Part shown: in pieces, positions 26,742 through 36,900 of the stretch
Numbering within the stretch: position 1 is the first letter of the stretch
Layout of the letters: every line of letters starts with the position of its first letter
Assembly: GCA_964503235.1 (NCBI GenBank)
Contig: CAZCZJ010000001.1
Span: 5,851 to 69,850, forward strand
DNA: 64,000 nucleotides
From: an uncultured Dehalococcoidaceae bacterium
GTDB taxonomy: Bacteria; Chloroflexota; Dehalococcoidia; Dehalococcoidales; RBG-16-60-22
Direction of reading: 5' to 3'
Program-made: the position numbers and the translations under genes
The notes under the pieces: model-generated
What the model was told of the DNA's origin: nothing
What the model saw: only the letters and a program-made list of their open reading frames with translations
The model's database searches: none

Positions 26742-28567
26742 GCATCAAGAGCGGCTATTTCAAGAAATATCTGCAGGTTGACCTTACGCATAACAGCCTG
26801 GACCGCCGCGAGCTGTCGGACGCTTTCCTTGAGAGGTATATCGGCGGGCGTGGCTTCGGTGCCAAGCTTGTCTGGGATAACCTGAAAAAGCATAATTTTA
26901 AAATCAATCCCCTGGGTGAGGAAAACCTGGTGGTGATTGCCCCCGGGCCGCTGACCGGTGCTTACCTGCCCTCGTCCGGGAAGAACTCTTTCGTGGCGAT
27001 TTCACCGGCAACCGGGCTTTATGGTGACTCTTCCATCGGTGGCGGTTTCGGCGTTGAGTTGCGGCAGTCGGGAATCGATGCTCTTTCTATAACCGGTAAA
27101 GCTCCGGAGCTATCTGTCCTGTATATAGATAATAGCGAATCTTCCATAATTCCCATGCCCGACCTGAAGGGGAAAACTTGCCTGGAAACCGAGGGTATTA
27201 TCCGGGAACGGCTGGAAACACAGACCGCCCACATCGCCACTATCGGACCGGCAGGGGAGAATTTAGTAAAGTTCGCCTGCGTTAATACCGACTGGGGTCG
27301 TAATGCTGGTCGCACCGGCTTCGGGGCTATTTTAGGCTCTAAAAACCTTAAAGCAATTGTCGTCCGAGGGCACCATGATATCCCGGTATATGATATCCGG
27401 GGACTGACTGCCGAAGCTAACAAGGCTTTTAAATACCTGAAAGAGCACAAGTTTTACAAACTATGGCAGCAGCAGGGACTGATGAACGTTATCGAGTACG
27501 CCAACGAAAAGGGCATTCTACCGACGTATAACTTCAAGGACAGCGTTTTCGCCAGGCATGAACAGATAAATGGGGAGACAATGCTTTCCGACTACAAGAT
27601 AGGCGACGCCGCCTGTTTTTCCTGTGCCATGGGCTGCGCCAATATCTGCCTGGTGAAAAACGGCAAGTACACGGGCACCGTAATTGAAGGCCCCGAATAC
27701 GAATCCTGCGCCATGCTCGGGTCGAATGTGGGTATCGATGATTTCGCGGCGATACTGGCGGGAAACCAGCTTTGCGATGAACTCGGTATGGATACTATTT
27801 CAACCGGTAACCTCATCGGGGCTATCATCGAAGGATATGAAAATGGGATTATTTCTCTAACTGACCTCGACGGAAAGGATATCACCTGGGGAGACGATGA
27901 CGCGGTACTCGAGTTGATTAAAAAGATAGCTCACCGCGAGGGCATCGGTGATATCCTTGCCGACGGACCGCGCCGTATCATCGAGAAATGGCCTGAAATG
28001 GACGATATCATCCTTCAGGTAAAGGGACTGGAGCAGTCGGCCTACGACAGCCGCGCCGGCAGTTCCATGGCGCTGGCCTACGCTACGTCGGACATCGGAG
28101 CCCATCATACCAGGGCGTGGACTATCGCCCGCGAAATGGAAGAGGGTCAAAACTGGTCAGACGAAGATAGAGTCGAGACCGTAATATACCACCAGACGCT
28201 ACGTCCCCTATTCGATATGCTGGGCGTTTGCCGTCTGCCCTGGATAGAGCTGGGATTGAATGAGAAACACTACGAATATTTTTACCAGCACATCACGGGT
28301 AATCAGCTCACCCTGGAACAGCTGCTTAAACTGTCGAAAGACATTTATGACCTTACCCGCCAGATAAACGTGCGTCTCGGCGTCAGCCGCAAAGACGATA
28401 CCTTACCGCATAAAGTCCATGCCAGCCCGGCGTTAACCGGACCAAATGCCGGCAAAGTGGTGGATAAAGAGCATTTTCAGGAACTGCTCTCGCTGTATTA
28501 CCGGAAACGCGGCTGGGACGAAGACGGCCTACCGCCCGATACGACAGAGAGCAAATTTGACGACTGA
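26738..28567 (+). CDS. Aldehyde:ferredoxin oxidoreductase family protein (tungstopterin-type AOR)
   Basis: 609 aa. N-terminal AFOR_N-like region (YIGGRGFGAKLVWD), the Cys cluster region DAACFSCAMGC, and GMDTISTGN motifs. Confidence 0.9.
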   Translation: MSIKSGYFKKYLQVDLTHNSLDRRELSDAFLERYIGGRGFGAKLVWDNLKKHNFKINPLGEENLVVIAPGPLTGAYLPSSGKNSFVAISPATGLYGDSSIGGGFGVELRQSGIDALSITGKAPELSVLYIDNSESSIIPMPDLKGKTCLETEGIIRERLETQTAHIATIGPAGENLVKFACVNTDWGRNAGRTGFGAILGSKNLKAIVVRGHHDIPVYDIRGLTAEANKAFKYLKEHKFYKLWQQQGLMNVIEYANEKGILPTYNFKDSVFARHEQINGETMLSDYKIGDAACFSCAMGCANICLVKNGKYTGTVIEGPEYESCAMLGSNVGIDDFAAILAGNQLCDELGMDTISTGNLIGAIIEGYENGIISLTDLDGKDITWGDDDAVLELIKKIAHREGIGDILADGPRRIIEKWPEMDDIILQVKGLEQSAYDSRAGSSMALAYATSDIGAHHTRAWTIAREMEEGQNWSDEDRVETVIYHQTLRPLFDMLGVCRLPWIELGLNEKHYEYFYQHITGNQLTLEQLLKLSKDIYDLTRQINVRLGVSRKDDTLPHKVHASPALTGPNAGKVVDKEHFQELLSLYYRKRGWDEDGLPPDTTESKFDD

Positions 28568-28569
28568 TA

Positions 28570-29367
28570 TCAGGAAGCCGTTGATACGGGGCAGGCAGGT
28601 ATTATTCCCCGCCGCTCTGCAATTTGTTTGATGATTTCCTCACCTTCAGGAGATAATCCCAGTAATCCCAGTTCTTCCTGCAGAACTTCAGGTGTCCCGA
28701 AACCGCCAGCGTACCCGTTGGCACGGGCTACCGCTGTAGACAGGGTGAAATCGTTAATATCAGGGTATTTCGCCTCGAACTCGGCTTCCAGTCGCGGTAT
28801 TCCCCGCAGGTAGTACTTCTGATGATAGTCTTCGGCCGGATAGAATATTCCCGCGGGGACAATCTCGGTGAATATCTGCCCGTTCATACTTGCCTGCAGA
28901 TTATCTCTGGATTCCTCGGCCAGCGCCTTCTGCTCATCATTATGATAGAAGATAACAGACTTGTACTGGTCCGACCACGGCATAGTCGTAGGAGTATGAC
29001 TGTACCAGAATACATCCAGAAGGTCGCGATAAGAAATCACCGACGGGTCATATACGATTTCAATCGTTTCACTGTGATTGCCGAGACTGTGATACGTGGG
29101 ATTTTCTTTGTCACCGCCCGCATAGCCGACGCGCGTGCTGATGACACCCTGGAGACTCCCGAACCGGGAGTCGGGACCCCAGAATCAACCCAATGCAAAT
29201 GTAGCCGTCTCAGTGACTGACGGTCTGTTTGTATCTAACGTTGGTTTTAATTTATCCATACCCATGACACTCAACTCCTCGCTTGTGCAGTTAGTTAAAA
29301 TAGTAGCTGTGACAATTAACAACATTAATAGAGCGATAATTATAATCGAAAACCTGGTACTCTTCAT
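28570..29367 (-). CDS. msrA: Peptide-methionine (S)-S-oxide reductase MsrA, predicted selenoprotein (UGA at 29185-29187 read as Sec), with an N-terminal signal/anchor
   Basis: The two track ORFs (29185..29367 and 28570..29040) are in the same frame with no other stop between them. Joined, they read ...ETATFALG-U-FWGPDSRFGSLQGVISTRVGYAGG...DPSVISYRDLLDVFW...EDYHQKYY. The TGA sits at the Cys of the MsrA GCFWG motif. Confidence 0.8.
29149..29182 (-). promoter_or_regulatory. Candidate bacterial SECIS stem-loop immediately 3' of the msrA UGA
   Basis: The RNA reads CUGG-GGUCCC-GACUCCCG-GUU-CGGGAGUC-U-CCAG. There is a perfect 8-bp apical stem (29154-29172) and a 4-bp basal helix. The apical loop starts with G about 20 nt after the UGA. 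Confidence 0.65.
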
Positions 29368-29395
29368 TTAATAACTACCTTTCGATTGATATATC

Positions 29396-29629
29396 CTAAA
29401 GGCTGACAATCTCTATCGCTTTCACTGGACAGGCTCTTACGCAATCTCCGCATGCCCGGCAATAAGATGGTTCCGTCATGGGCACGAAATACGGCTCTTC
29501 CTGTTTGAGCAGTTTAGAAGGGCAGACCTGTGCCGCCGCACAAACACCATCGTCACACTCACTCGGGGTACACTTGGTGTAATCCAGCAGCGCCGTTTTC
29601 CTCGTCATCTGTACCATCTTTAATCCCAT
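29396..29629 (-). CDS. Small 4Fe-4S ferredoxin-like protein
   Basis: 77 aa. It has a CRACGDCVRACP motif and a second, atypically spaced Cys set (CTPSECDDGVCAAAQVCP). Confidence 0.7.
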   Translation of the reverse strand: MGLKMVQMTRKTALLDYTKCTPSECDDGVCAAAQVCPSKLLKQEEPYFVPMTEPSYCRACGDCVRACPVKAIEIVSL

Positions 29630-29674
29630 CCTGTCACGACTACTAAAGCCAACGGCTTTTTAACATCCGGATCC

Positions 29675-29857
29675 TCAGGTAGGAAATGAAAGGTTCCCTT
29701 TTGTCGAGGAGCCCTTGGTAAAACCTTTGGATATTCTCCTCTTAGGCCCCTTTTCACCACACATAGGGCAGGTAACCTTATTATCGTTCTCAAATAGTCC
29801 CCGGAATGATTCAAACTCTTCACCACATTTACGGCACTCGTATTCATATATTGGCAT
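29675..29857 (-). CDS. FmdB-family zinc-ribbon protein (CxxC...CxxC)
   Basis: 60 aa. MPIYEYECRKCGEEFE...VTCPMCG is the canonical N-terminus of the FmdB/CxxC_CxxC_SSSS family. Confidence 0.75.
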   Translation of the reverse strand: MPIYEYECRKCGEEFESFRGLFENDNKVTCPMCGEKGPKRRISKGFTKGSSTKGNLSFPT

Positions 29858-30033
29858 ATTTATGCTCCCTCACCGTTCCAGTAATACTAGCTACAGTCTA
29901 ATACAAACCGAGTCTGCAGTATGTGATTTTTGTCTCTATCACAAGTTGACAGCAAAGCTTGGTATCCTATATCCTTTTGACTGTAAAGACATTCTCTCCC
30001 AAAAGATTGTTTCTTCTCAGGAGGTCAAGCTAA

Positions 30034-31448
30034 TGAAATCAATTACCGAACCCGCCCGAGAAACGAAGGTGGTCCGTGAAGCCGACATTGTGGTCGTTGG
30101 CGGGGGGCCCGGTGGTATCGGCGCCGCCGTATCCGCTGCCCGTAACGGGGCCGACACGGTTCTTATCGAAAGATACGGCTACCTGGGGGGCATGGGCACC
30201 GGCGGACTGGTTACCATTATCCCGCTGCTGACCGATTACACGGGTAAACAGCAGATTATCGGGCTTACTCAGGAATGGATTGACCGTCTTATCGCCCATA
30301 ATGCCGTCGATTATCCCAAGAAAGAGCACTGGGGCTCCATGGATAAAGAAATCGTCAGGTATTACTTCCAGCGTAGCTTCTTCATGACGCGGTTGGACAG
30401 AGTAAGTTATGCCGCTATCATTGATGCCGAGATATCCAAGTTCATCCTGAACGAGATGGTGGAAGAAGCTGGAGTTAAAACCTACTGCCATGCCTGGGGC
30501 ACCGAGCCTATTATGGAGGGCAATCACTGCAAGGGCGTTATCATCGAGAGCAAATCAGGCCGACAGGCCATACTCGGCAAGGTTATTATCGATTCCACCG
30601 GCGACGGCGACCTCCTGCCCTACGCTGGTATTGAGTTCGAAGACAACATCCCCCCGAACTTCCGCATCGCCAACCTGGCCCTGGTTTTCTGGGTAGATGG
30701 TGTTGACCTTCACAAGGTAAATGAGTTCCGTCAGAAAAATCCCAAGGAATTCATGGAATTATCCCGTAAAGCCATGGAAGGCGGCGGTCAAGGTAACTTC
30801 TTCGCCAGTAACCTCCCCGACCAGGACGCCGTTGTCTGGTTCCATAACCGTTACTCCAACAAAAGCCAGGTGGATGTCGAAGAACTGACACGCGTCGAGT
30901 TCACCGGCCGTAAAGTGGCTGTAAAGACCCTGGAATTCTTTAAAAAGAACATGCCGGGTTTTGAAAAGAGCTTCCTCGTCCTTACCGCGCCGCAGCTCGG
31001 TACCCGCGCCAGTCGCCGCATGATTGGAGAGTACCAGCTTACTCAGAAAGACCTGGCCGATAACCAGCCGTTCGAAGACACCATCGCCATCTTCCCGGAC
31101 CTCGACCGCGGGCAGGAATCCCTGGACCATCCCAACATGTACATTCCTTACCGCTCCCTGCTGCCGAAGAACATAGATAACATGTTCGTTGCCTGCCGCG
31201 CTTTCTCCTCCGATGAGCATGTCCAGGAGTGGTTCAACCTTATCCCGCACTGCATAGCCTTCGGCGAAGCTGCCGGCACGGCATCGGCGATGGCGCTCCG
31301 GGCCGGCGTCGGCATCAAGAACGTGGATATGAAAGCCCTGCAGAAGCAGCTTGCCAACCAGGGCGTCCCGCTTCCTGACGTTTCAAAAAAGGTAGACTAT
31401 AAATACACCGGTCCGGCGTTGAGCACGCCTCCTTTCGGTCAACACTAG
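30034..31448 (+). CDS. FAD-dependent oxidoreductase (PF12831-like), paralog 1
   Basis: The start is set at the ATG at 30034 after AGGAGG. It carries the dinucleotide-binding motif DIVVVGGGPGGIGAAVSAARNGADTVLIERYGYLGGMGTGG. The track N-terminal extension overlaps the opposite-strand zinc-ribbon gene. Confidence 0.8.
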
Positions 31449-31536
31449 ACGGCGGAGCCAAGGGGAGTGAATTAGATAATACAACGGAACTCAGGGGGTA
31501 GTAAACAGCTACCCCCTTAAAATTCGGAGGTCTTGT

Positions 31537-32943
31537 ATGGTGAATAAACCCTCAACACGAACCGTCACCGAACCGGCGAGAGAGATAGAAGTACTCCGGG
31601 AAGCTGATGTCGTGGTCGTAGGCGGCGGTCCGGGTGGTATCGGCTCAGCGATTGCTGCCGCCCGCAGCGGTGCCAGAACAATACTCATCGAGAGATACGG
31701 TCATCTCGGCGGCATGGCCACCGGGGGACTGGTTAATATTATCCCCAACCTGAGTGACATCAGTGGTAAACAGCATGTTTTCGGACTTAATCAGGAATTG
31801 CTGGACCGGCTGGACCGGCGGGGAGGAGCTTCTTACCCCGACAAGAAAGACTGGGGTACTACCGACAGGAAAGTCGTCGACTATTATCTCGATGCCAATC
31901 TCGGCTGGTTTTACGTCCGTCAGGACCATAATATCGACCAGCAACGGGTGCTCTATTCCGCCGTCGTCGACCCCGAGATACTCAAGGATGAATTTAACGA
32001 CATGGTTCATGAAGCCGGCGTCGATTTACTGCTTCATTCCTGGGGCACCCGACCGATTATGGACAGAGACACGGCTAAAGGCGTTTTCTTCGAGAGTAAA
32101 TCGGGTCGGCAGGCCATCCTGGGCAAAGTCATCATCGATGCCACCGGAGACGGCGATATTTTCGTGGCGGCCGGCGCCGAGTTCGATAATGAATGTGATA
32201 ATTCACGCCGTACCGCCTGGCTCGCTTTTATATGGTGGATGGCAAACGTCGATTTAAAGAAATACGATGAGTTTAAGGCTTCACAACCGGATAAGTACAA
32301 GGAATTAATGCAGGAACTTGGTAAACTCGGCGGTTACCCCATGTTCTTCAAGGGCGTCCTGAAAAACCAGGAAGGCGTCGTCTGGTACCACTGCATGCAG
32401 CGTCAACCTGAGCGCAGTGATGCCATGGACGTGGTAGAGTTGACGCGAATCGACATCAGAGCCAGAAAGCGTGCCCTGATTACTTACGAATTCATGAAGA
32501 AATTTGTCCCCGGTTTTGAAAAGTGCTTCATCATGCAGACCGCCCCACAGCTTGGTACCCAGGGAGGTCGGCGTATCATCGGCGAATATACGGTAACCGA
32601 AAAAGACCTGGAGACCGACGAGATATTCATAGATACGATAGCGATACTGGCCAACAACGATTACCACGAGATATCCGCCAAACACCCGACCCTCTGTATT
32701 CCCTACCGCTGCCTCGTACCCAGGCGTATGGACGGACTGCTGGTAGCCGGGCGGGCGTTCTCATCGGCGGATACCATTAACGAATCATTCAATATCATCC
32801 CCCATTGTATAGCTTACGGACAGGCGGCCGGTACCGCCGCGGCCATAGCTGTCAAAGAAGGCATTCAACCGAGGCATGTAGATTACAAAGCCCTGCGACA
32901 GAACCTCGTCAAACAGGGAGTGAATTTACCGGATATCAAATAG
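31537..32943 (+). CDS. FAD-dependent oxidoreductase (PF12831-like), paralog 2
   Basis: 468 aa and collinear with paralog 1 (TEPAREIEVLREADVVVVGGGPGGIGSAIAAARSGARTILIERYGHLGGMATGG; shared ...ESKSGRQAILGKVIID.TGDGD...). Confidence 0.8.
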   Translation: MVNKPSTRTVTEPAREIEVLREADVVVVGGGPGGIGSAIAAARSGARTILIERYGHLGGMATGGLVNIIPNLSDISGKQHVFGLNQELLDRLDRRGGASYPDKKDWGTTDRKVVDYYLDANLGWFYVRQDHNIDQQRVLYSAVVDPEILKDEFNDMVHEAGVDLLLHSWGTRPIMDRDTAKGVFFESKSGRQAILGKVIIDATGDGDIFVAAGAEFDNECDNSRRTAWLAFIWWMANVDLKKYDEFKASQPDKYKELMQELGKLGGYPMFFKGVLKNQEGVVWYHCMQRQPERSDAMDVVELTRIDIRARKRALITYEFMKKFVPGFEKCFIMQTAPQLGTQGGRRIIGEYTVTEKDLETDEIFIDTIAILANNDYHEISAKHPTLCIPYRCLVPRRMDGLLVAGRAFSSADTINESFNIIPHCIAYGQAAGTAAAIAVKEGIQPRHVDYKALRQNLVKQGVNLPDIK

Positions 32944-32970
32944 AAATTACTAAAAGAAAGTAGAGGCGGT

Positions 32971-33236
32971 CTTACCACCCCCTTACCCATCCCAATTTAA
33001 AGATATCTATTCCCACCCGGCCATCCTCGCGGCATCAGACCATTTGCCCCATAAATATGCACCTCCCCACCACAAGTTTTCGGGAACACTATTACTTCTA
33101 ATAGTCCTCCTTATTATCGGACTAGGCAGTGAGATACTTGTTACGGATGATATATGAAAGCCCGGGGGTGGGCCTGGGTGGGAAAGAAAATCCGGGATGG
33201 GTGGGAGTGGAGGGGTAAAAGTGTAGGGAGGGGCAG
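32971..33236. repeat. Long imperfect inverted repeat of C-rich versus G-rich tracts in the intergenic region
   Basis: The left arm (...ACCCATCCC...TTCCCACCCGGCC, 32975-33022) is complementary to the right arm (GGCCTGGGTGGGAA...GGGATGGGTGGG, ~33171-33205). There are further CCCC/GGGG tracts on each side. Confidence 0.4.
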
Positions 33237-33277
33237 AAAAAGAAAGTCCGGCTAAGAGCTAACATCCCGCCGGACTT
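33231..33277 (-). terminator. Intrinsic-terminator-like hairpin downstream of iorB
   Basis: On the minus strand AAGTCCGGC (33277-33269) pairs with GCCGGACTT (33252-33244) over 9 bp with a 16-nt loop, followed by TCTTTTTCTG. Confidence 0.45.
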
Positions 33278-33297
33278 AATAAACAAATTTCAAAAGA

Positions 33298-33927
33298 CTA
33301 CTTCTTGGCCGTCGTCCCCTTAAGCTTCTTCTGCACTTCCTGATAGCCCATATCAAAAGCCTTCAGATTGGCATCGATAGCCTTGGCAGGAACACGGTTG
33401 CGCACCACTTCCTTGGCGATATCCACGGATATCGGCAGCAGTCCGGTCCCGAACAGCGCCCCCATCATAACAACATTGGTTGTCTGGATATTACCGGCTT
33501 CCTTGGCGATTTCACTGGCGTCCAGGGCAATTACTTTCTCCGAAACGCTATTGAGTTTTTCCAGTATGGCTTCAATCGTCGGATAACCGCTCTGCCCCAG
33601 AAAGACAGTGAACGGTAACACCTTGGTCGTATTGAGTATCACGATACTGGACCGGGAGAGGTACTGGATATTCCTTACCGCTTCCGAGGGCTCCACCGCC
33701 AGGAGGATATCGCATTTGCCTTCCATGGTCAGCGGCGAGTAGATATCGTCGCCCAACCGCAGATTGCTGAACACCGAGCCACCCCGCTGTGCCATGCCCA
33801 GCACCTCGGAGCCTTTGACGCCGATACCGCCCTTGACCGCTGCCGTTCCCAGCAACTCGGACATCAGCACCACACCCTGTCCCCCGACACCGCATATGAT
33901 TACTTCCAGCACTTTGTTATCAGCCAT
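33298..33927 (-). CDS. iorB: Indolepyruvate / 2-oxoacid:ferredoxin oxidoreductase, beta (gamma-domain) subunit
   Basis: 209 aa. VIICGVGGQGVVLMSELLG is the POR-gamma/IorB-type N-terminus. The start overlaps the iorA stop (AATGGCTGA). Confidence 0.8.
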   Translation of the reverse strand: MADNKVLEVIICGVGGQGVVLMSELLGTAAVKGGIGVKGSEVLGMAQRGGSVFSNLRLGDDIYSPLTMEGKCDILLAVEPSEAVRNIQYLSRSSIVILNTTKVLPFTVFLGQSGYPTIEAILEKLNSVSEKVIALDASEIAKEAGNIQTTNVVMMGALFGTGLLPISVDIAKEVVRNRVPAKAIDANLKAFDMGYQEVQKKLKGTTAKK

Positions 33928-36900
33928 TTTTCTCTCCTGCTATTATAGCATCGTGCGGGCATACTTGGGCACAGACCCCACAACCCGGACACTGGGTGCT
34001 ATCTATTATCACATCTTCACCCTCTATAATGATGGCGGGACAGCCAAGTAGATTTATACAGATTCGGCAATCGCAGGAAAGACAGCGTTCCGCTTCCTTG
34101 ATGGCATCTTCCCGGCTCAAGCCCAGCTCTACCTCATGGAAATTGCCCTGTCTTTGCTCAACCGGAATTATCGGCATATCAACCCTCGGTTGCTGGCCAA
34201 TCCCGAAAGTATCTACGGTAAGTTTGCTCTCGTAAACGCCTTCGCCCTCCCGACCAGTATCCAGAGGTTCGCCCTTTAGATACCTGTCGATGGATACGGC
34301 GGCTTTCTTACCGGCGGCCAGGGCTTCGATAACGGTAGCCGGTCCGCTGACAACATCACCGCCAGCAAAGATACCCTTAATACCGGTCTGCAACGTTACC
34401 GGGTCGGCTTTAATCAGTCCGTTCGATACCGCTTTCGAAGCTTCGCCGGACATCATTTGTAAATCGGGCTGCTCACCGATAGCCGAGATTATCAAAGGAG
34501 TATCTATTACGAATTCAGAGCCGGCTACGGGTTCCGGTCGTCTCCGACCGCTTTCGTCGGGCTCTCCCAGCTTATTCTTGATAAATTCCATACCGATAAC
34601 CTTACCCCCATCAGCAATAACGCGATTCGGTCCGGCCAACAGTTGCAGCTTTACTCCTTCTTTCTCCGCTTCGGCTATTTCCTCCTCGATGGCCGGCATT
34701 TCGGCACGGGAGCGCCGGTAAACGATATTCACATCTCTAAAGCCCAGGCGTACACAGGTACGGGCGCAGTCGACGGCTACGTTGCCGCCACCGACAATGA
34801 CCACTTTCTCCCCAGTGGGTACTTTATCTCCCATACTGACTTTGTGGAGTAAATCAGTGCCGTCAATAACACCCTCGGCATTCTCATTCTCAACCCCGAG
34901 ATTGCGGCTCTTATGTGCTCCGATAGCAATAAATACAGCGTCATAGTCTTTATGTAAAGTCGACAGTTCCACATCCCTGCCCAATCGCGTATTCAGTTTT
35001 ACTTCCACTCCCAGCTTGTCGATAATATCCATCTCATTATTCAAGATATCCCGGGGCAGCCGGAACTCGGGAATACCCACCGCCATCATGCCACCCAGCT
35101 TGGACAGCGCTTCAAAGATGGTTACGCTATAGCCCTCTTTCCTTAGGTTATAGGCAGCCATGATTCCCGCCGGCCCGCCGCCGATAATCGCCACCTTCTT
35201 GCCTTTTTCCGTGGCGATTGAATAGTCGTCCGCAACCTGGCCATAATCGACGGCGCTGCGTTTGAGGGCATTGATGGCAATAGCTTCCTCGATATCAGCC
35301 CGTATGCACTTCTGCTCGCAGGGACGCGTACAGACCCGCCCGATTATACCGGGGAACGGTAAAGCCTCTTTTATCAACGCCAGGGCTTCGTCAAATTTAC
35401 CTTCTTTTATCAAGCCCACATAGCCTTTAATATCGATATGCAGGGGGCAGGTAGCCTGGCAGGCGGGCGGGCTGCCGGCAACGCATTTCTCCTGGTCGAC
35501 CTCGTATGGCAGGGTTTTGACTCCCTGCCGACGTTTCTCGCGGGTATCCAGAATATTACAGAGTCGCCGTACGACAACCAGGGAAGGCCCTTCAAATCTG
35601 ATAGCTTTTTCCATAGTATCAATAAGCTCAGACAGGTCGAACGCGTCCACGACTTCGACGAATTTAACGCCGCTGGCTCTGGCGATATCCTCGATTTTTA
35701 CCGGAACACTATCGTCCGCAGGAGCACCGGGGTGGGGTTGAAATCCCGTCATGCCGGTGGTGCCGTTATCGAGGACCACCATGGTCACGTAGGCTTTATT
35801 GAACACCGAGTTAATCATCGGAGGGATGCCGGAGTGAAAGAACGTGGAATCACCCAGATGGGCTACCACCGGTACGTCGAGAACGTGCGGGAAGCCGCTG
35901 CCCAACCCAAAAGCTCCGCCCATACAGATAGCTATGTCATCGGAGTTCAGCGGCGGATTAGCCGCCAGAGCATAGCAGCCGATATCTCCGGTCTTCACCG
36001 GTGTTTTCCCGGTTTCTTGTTCATAACGCTGGCAGGCGATATTAATAGCGTAAAAAGACGACCGGTGCGGGCAACCGGCGCACATCGTCGGCGGGCGAAC
36101 GGGCAAAAGCGACTCCGTCTCAATCTTTATCTTATCTATCGCCGCAAAATCAACCGATGGTTTGACTCCGGTCAGGGTACTGAGAGCCTCGGCGACCTGG
36201 CGAGTAGAAAGCTCTCCCACCAGCGATAGCAGGTCTTTCCCGTGGATTTTCACGTCGATATCGTTGTCCTTGGTAATGACTTTAACTTCATCCTCAACGA
36301 AAGGCTCCAGCTCTTCCGCCACCAGGACGGTCGGTACCGATTTCAGCAACTGCTTGGTTAGCTCTGCGGGTAAAGGATAAGGCGTACCTATCTTCAACAC
36401 GGAAATCTTATCTTCCAGCCCCAACAATCTGATTGCTTCAATCGTATATCCATAGGAAATACCGTTGGCGATAACTCCCAGTTTTGCTCCGTCTTTAAGA
36501 GCAAGCCGGTTGAAAGGCAGCGAATCCACCGCTTTCCTTATCCTCGCCATCCTGTCTATCACCAGACGGCGGTTTTTTCTGAAATTGGCCGGTAAACATA
36601 CCAGCTTGACCGGGTCTTTAACGAACTTGCCCTCCCGAACATCACTGGATATCTCACCGAAGACAATATCGCTCCGGGCATGACCGATACGCGTTACCGA
36701 CCTCAACATGAACATCTGCCCGAACTCCTCGGATAGGCGGAAGGCATCCGCCATCATGTCCTTGGCTTCCTGTCCGGTGGCCGGTTCCAGAACCGGTATG
36801 TAACCCTGCCGGGCAATGTAACGGTTGTCCTGCTCGTTCTGCGAGCTCCACTGTCCGGGGTCGTCGGCGGACACCAGTACCAGTCCCCCGCGGGCGCCCA

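Noticed and set aside
29041-29184. Gap between two msrA fragments, which could be read as a pseudogene, a frameshift or two separate small genes
   Set aside because: Both fragments are in the same frame and the intervening 144 nt contain no stop. The single TGA sits exactly at the catalytic Cys of the GCFWG motif, and a strong hairpin follows it. Selenocysteine recoding explains all of this better than decay.
29715-30033. N-terminal 106-aa extension of the FAD oxidoreductase ORF (track start 29715)
   Set aside because: It overlaps the opposite-strand zinc-ribbon gene and the intergenic region. A good RBS and ATG at 30034 align with the start of the paralog at 31537.
34140-35460. The inserted segment in IorA as an intein or mobile insertion
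   Set aside because: The segment has clear GltD/NfnB-like Fe-S and Rossmann motifs and no intein splicing or homing-endonuclease motifs. It is a redox-domain fusion.
35438-36229. 263-aa plus-strand ORF
   Set aside because: It is antisense to iorA and Arg/Gly-rich, so it is treated as a shadow ORF.
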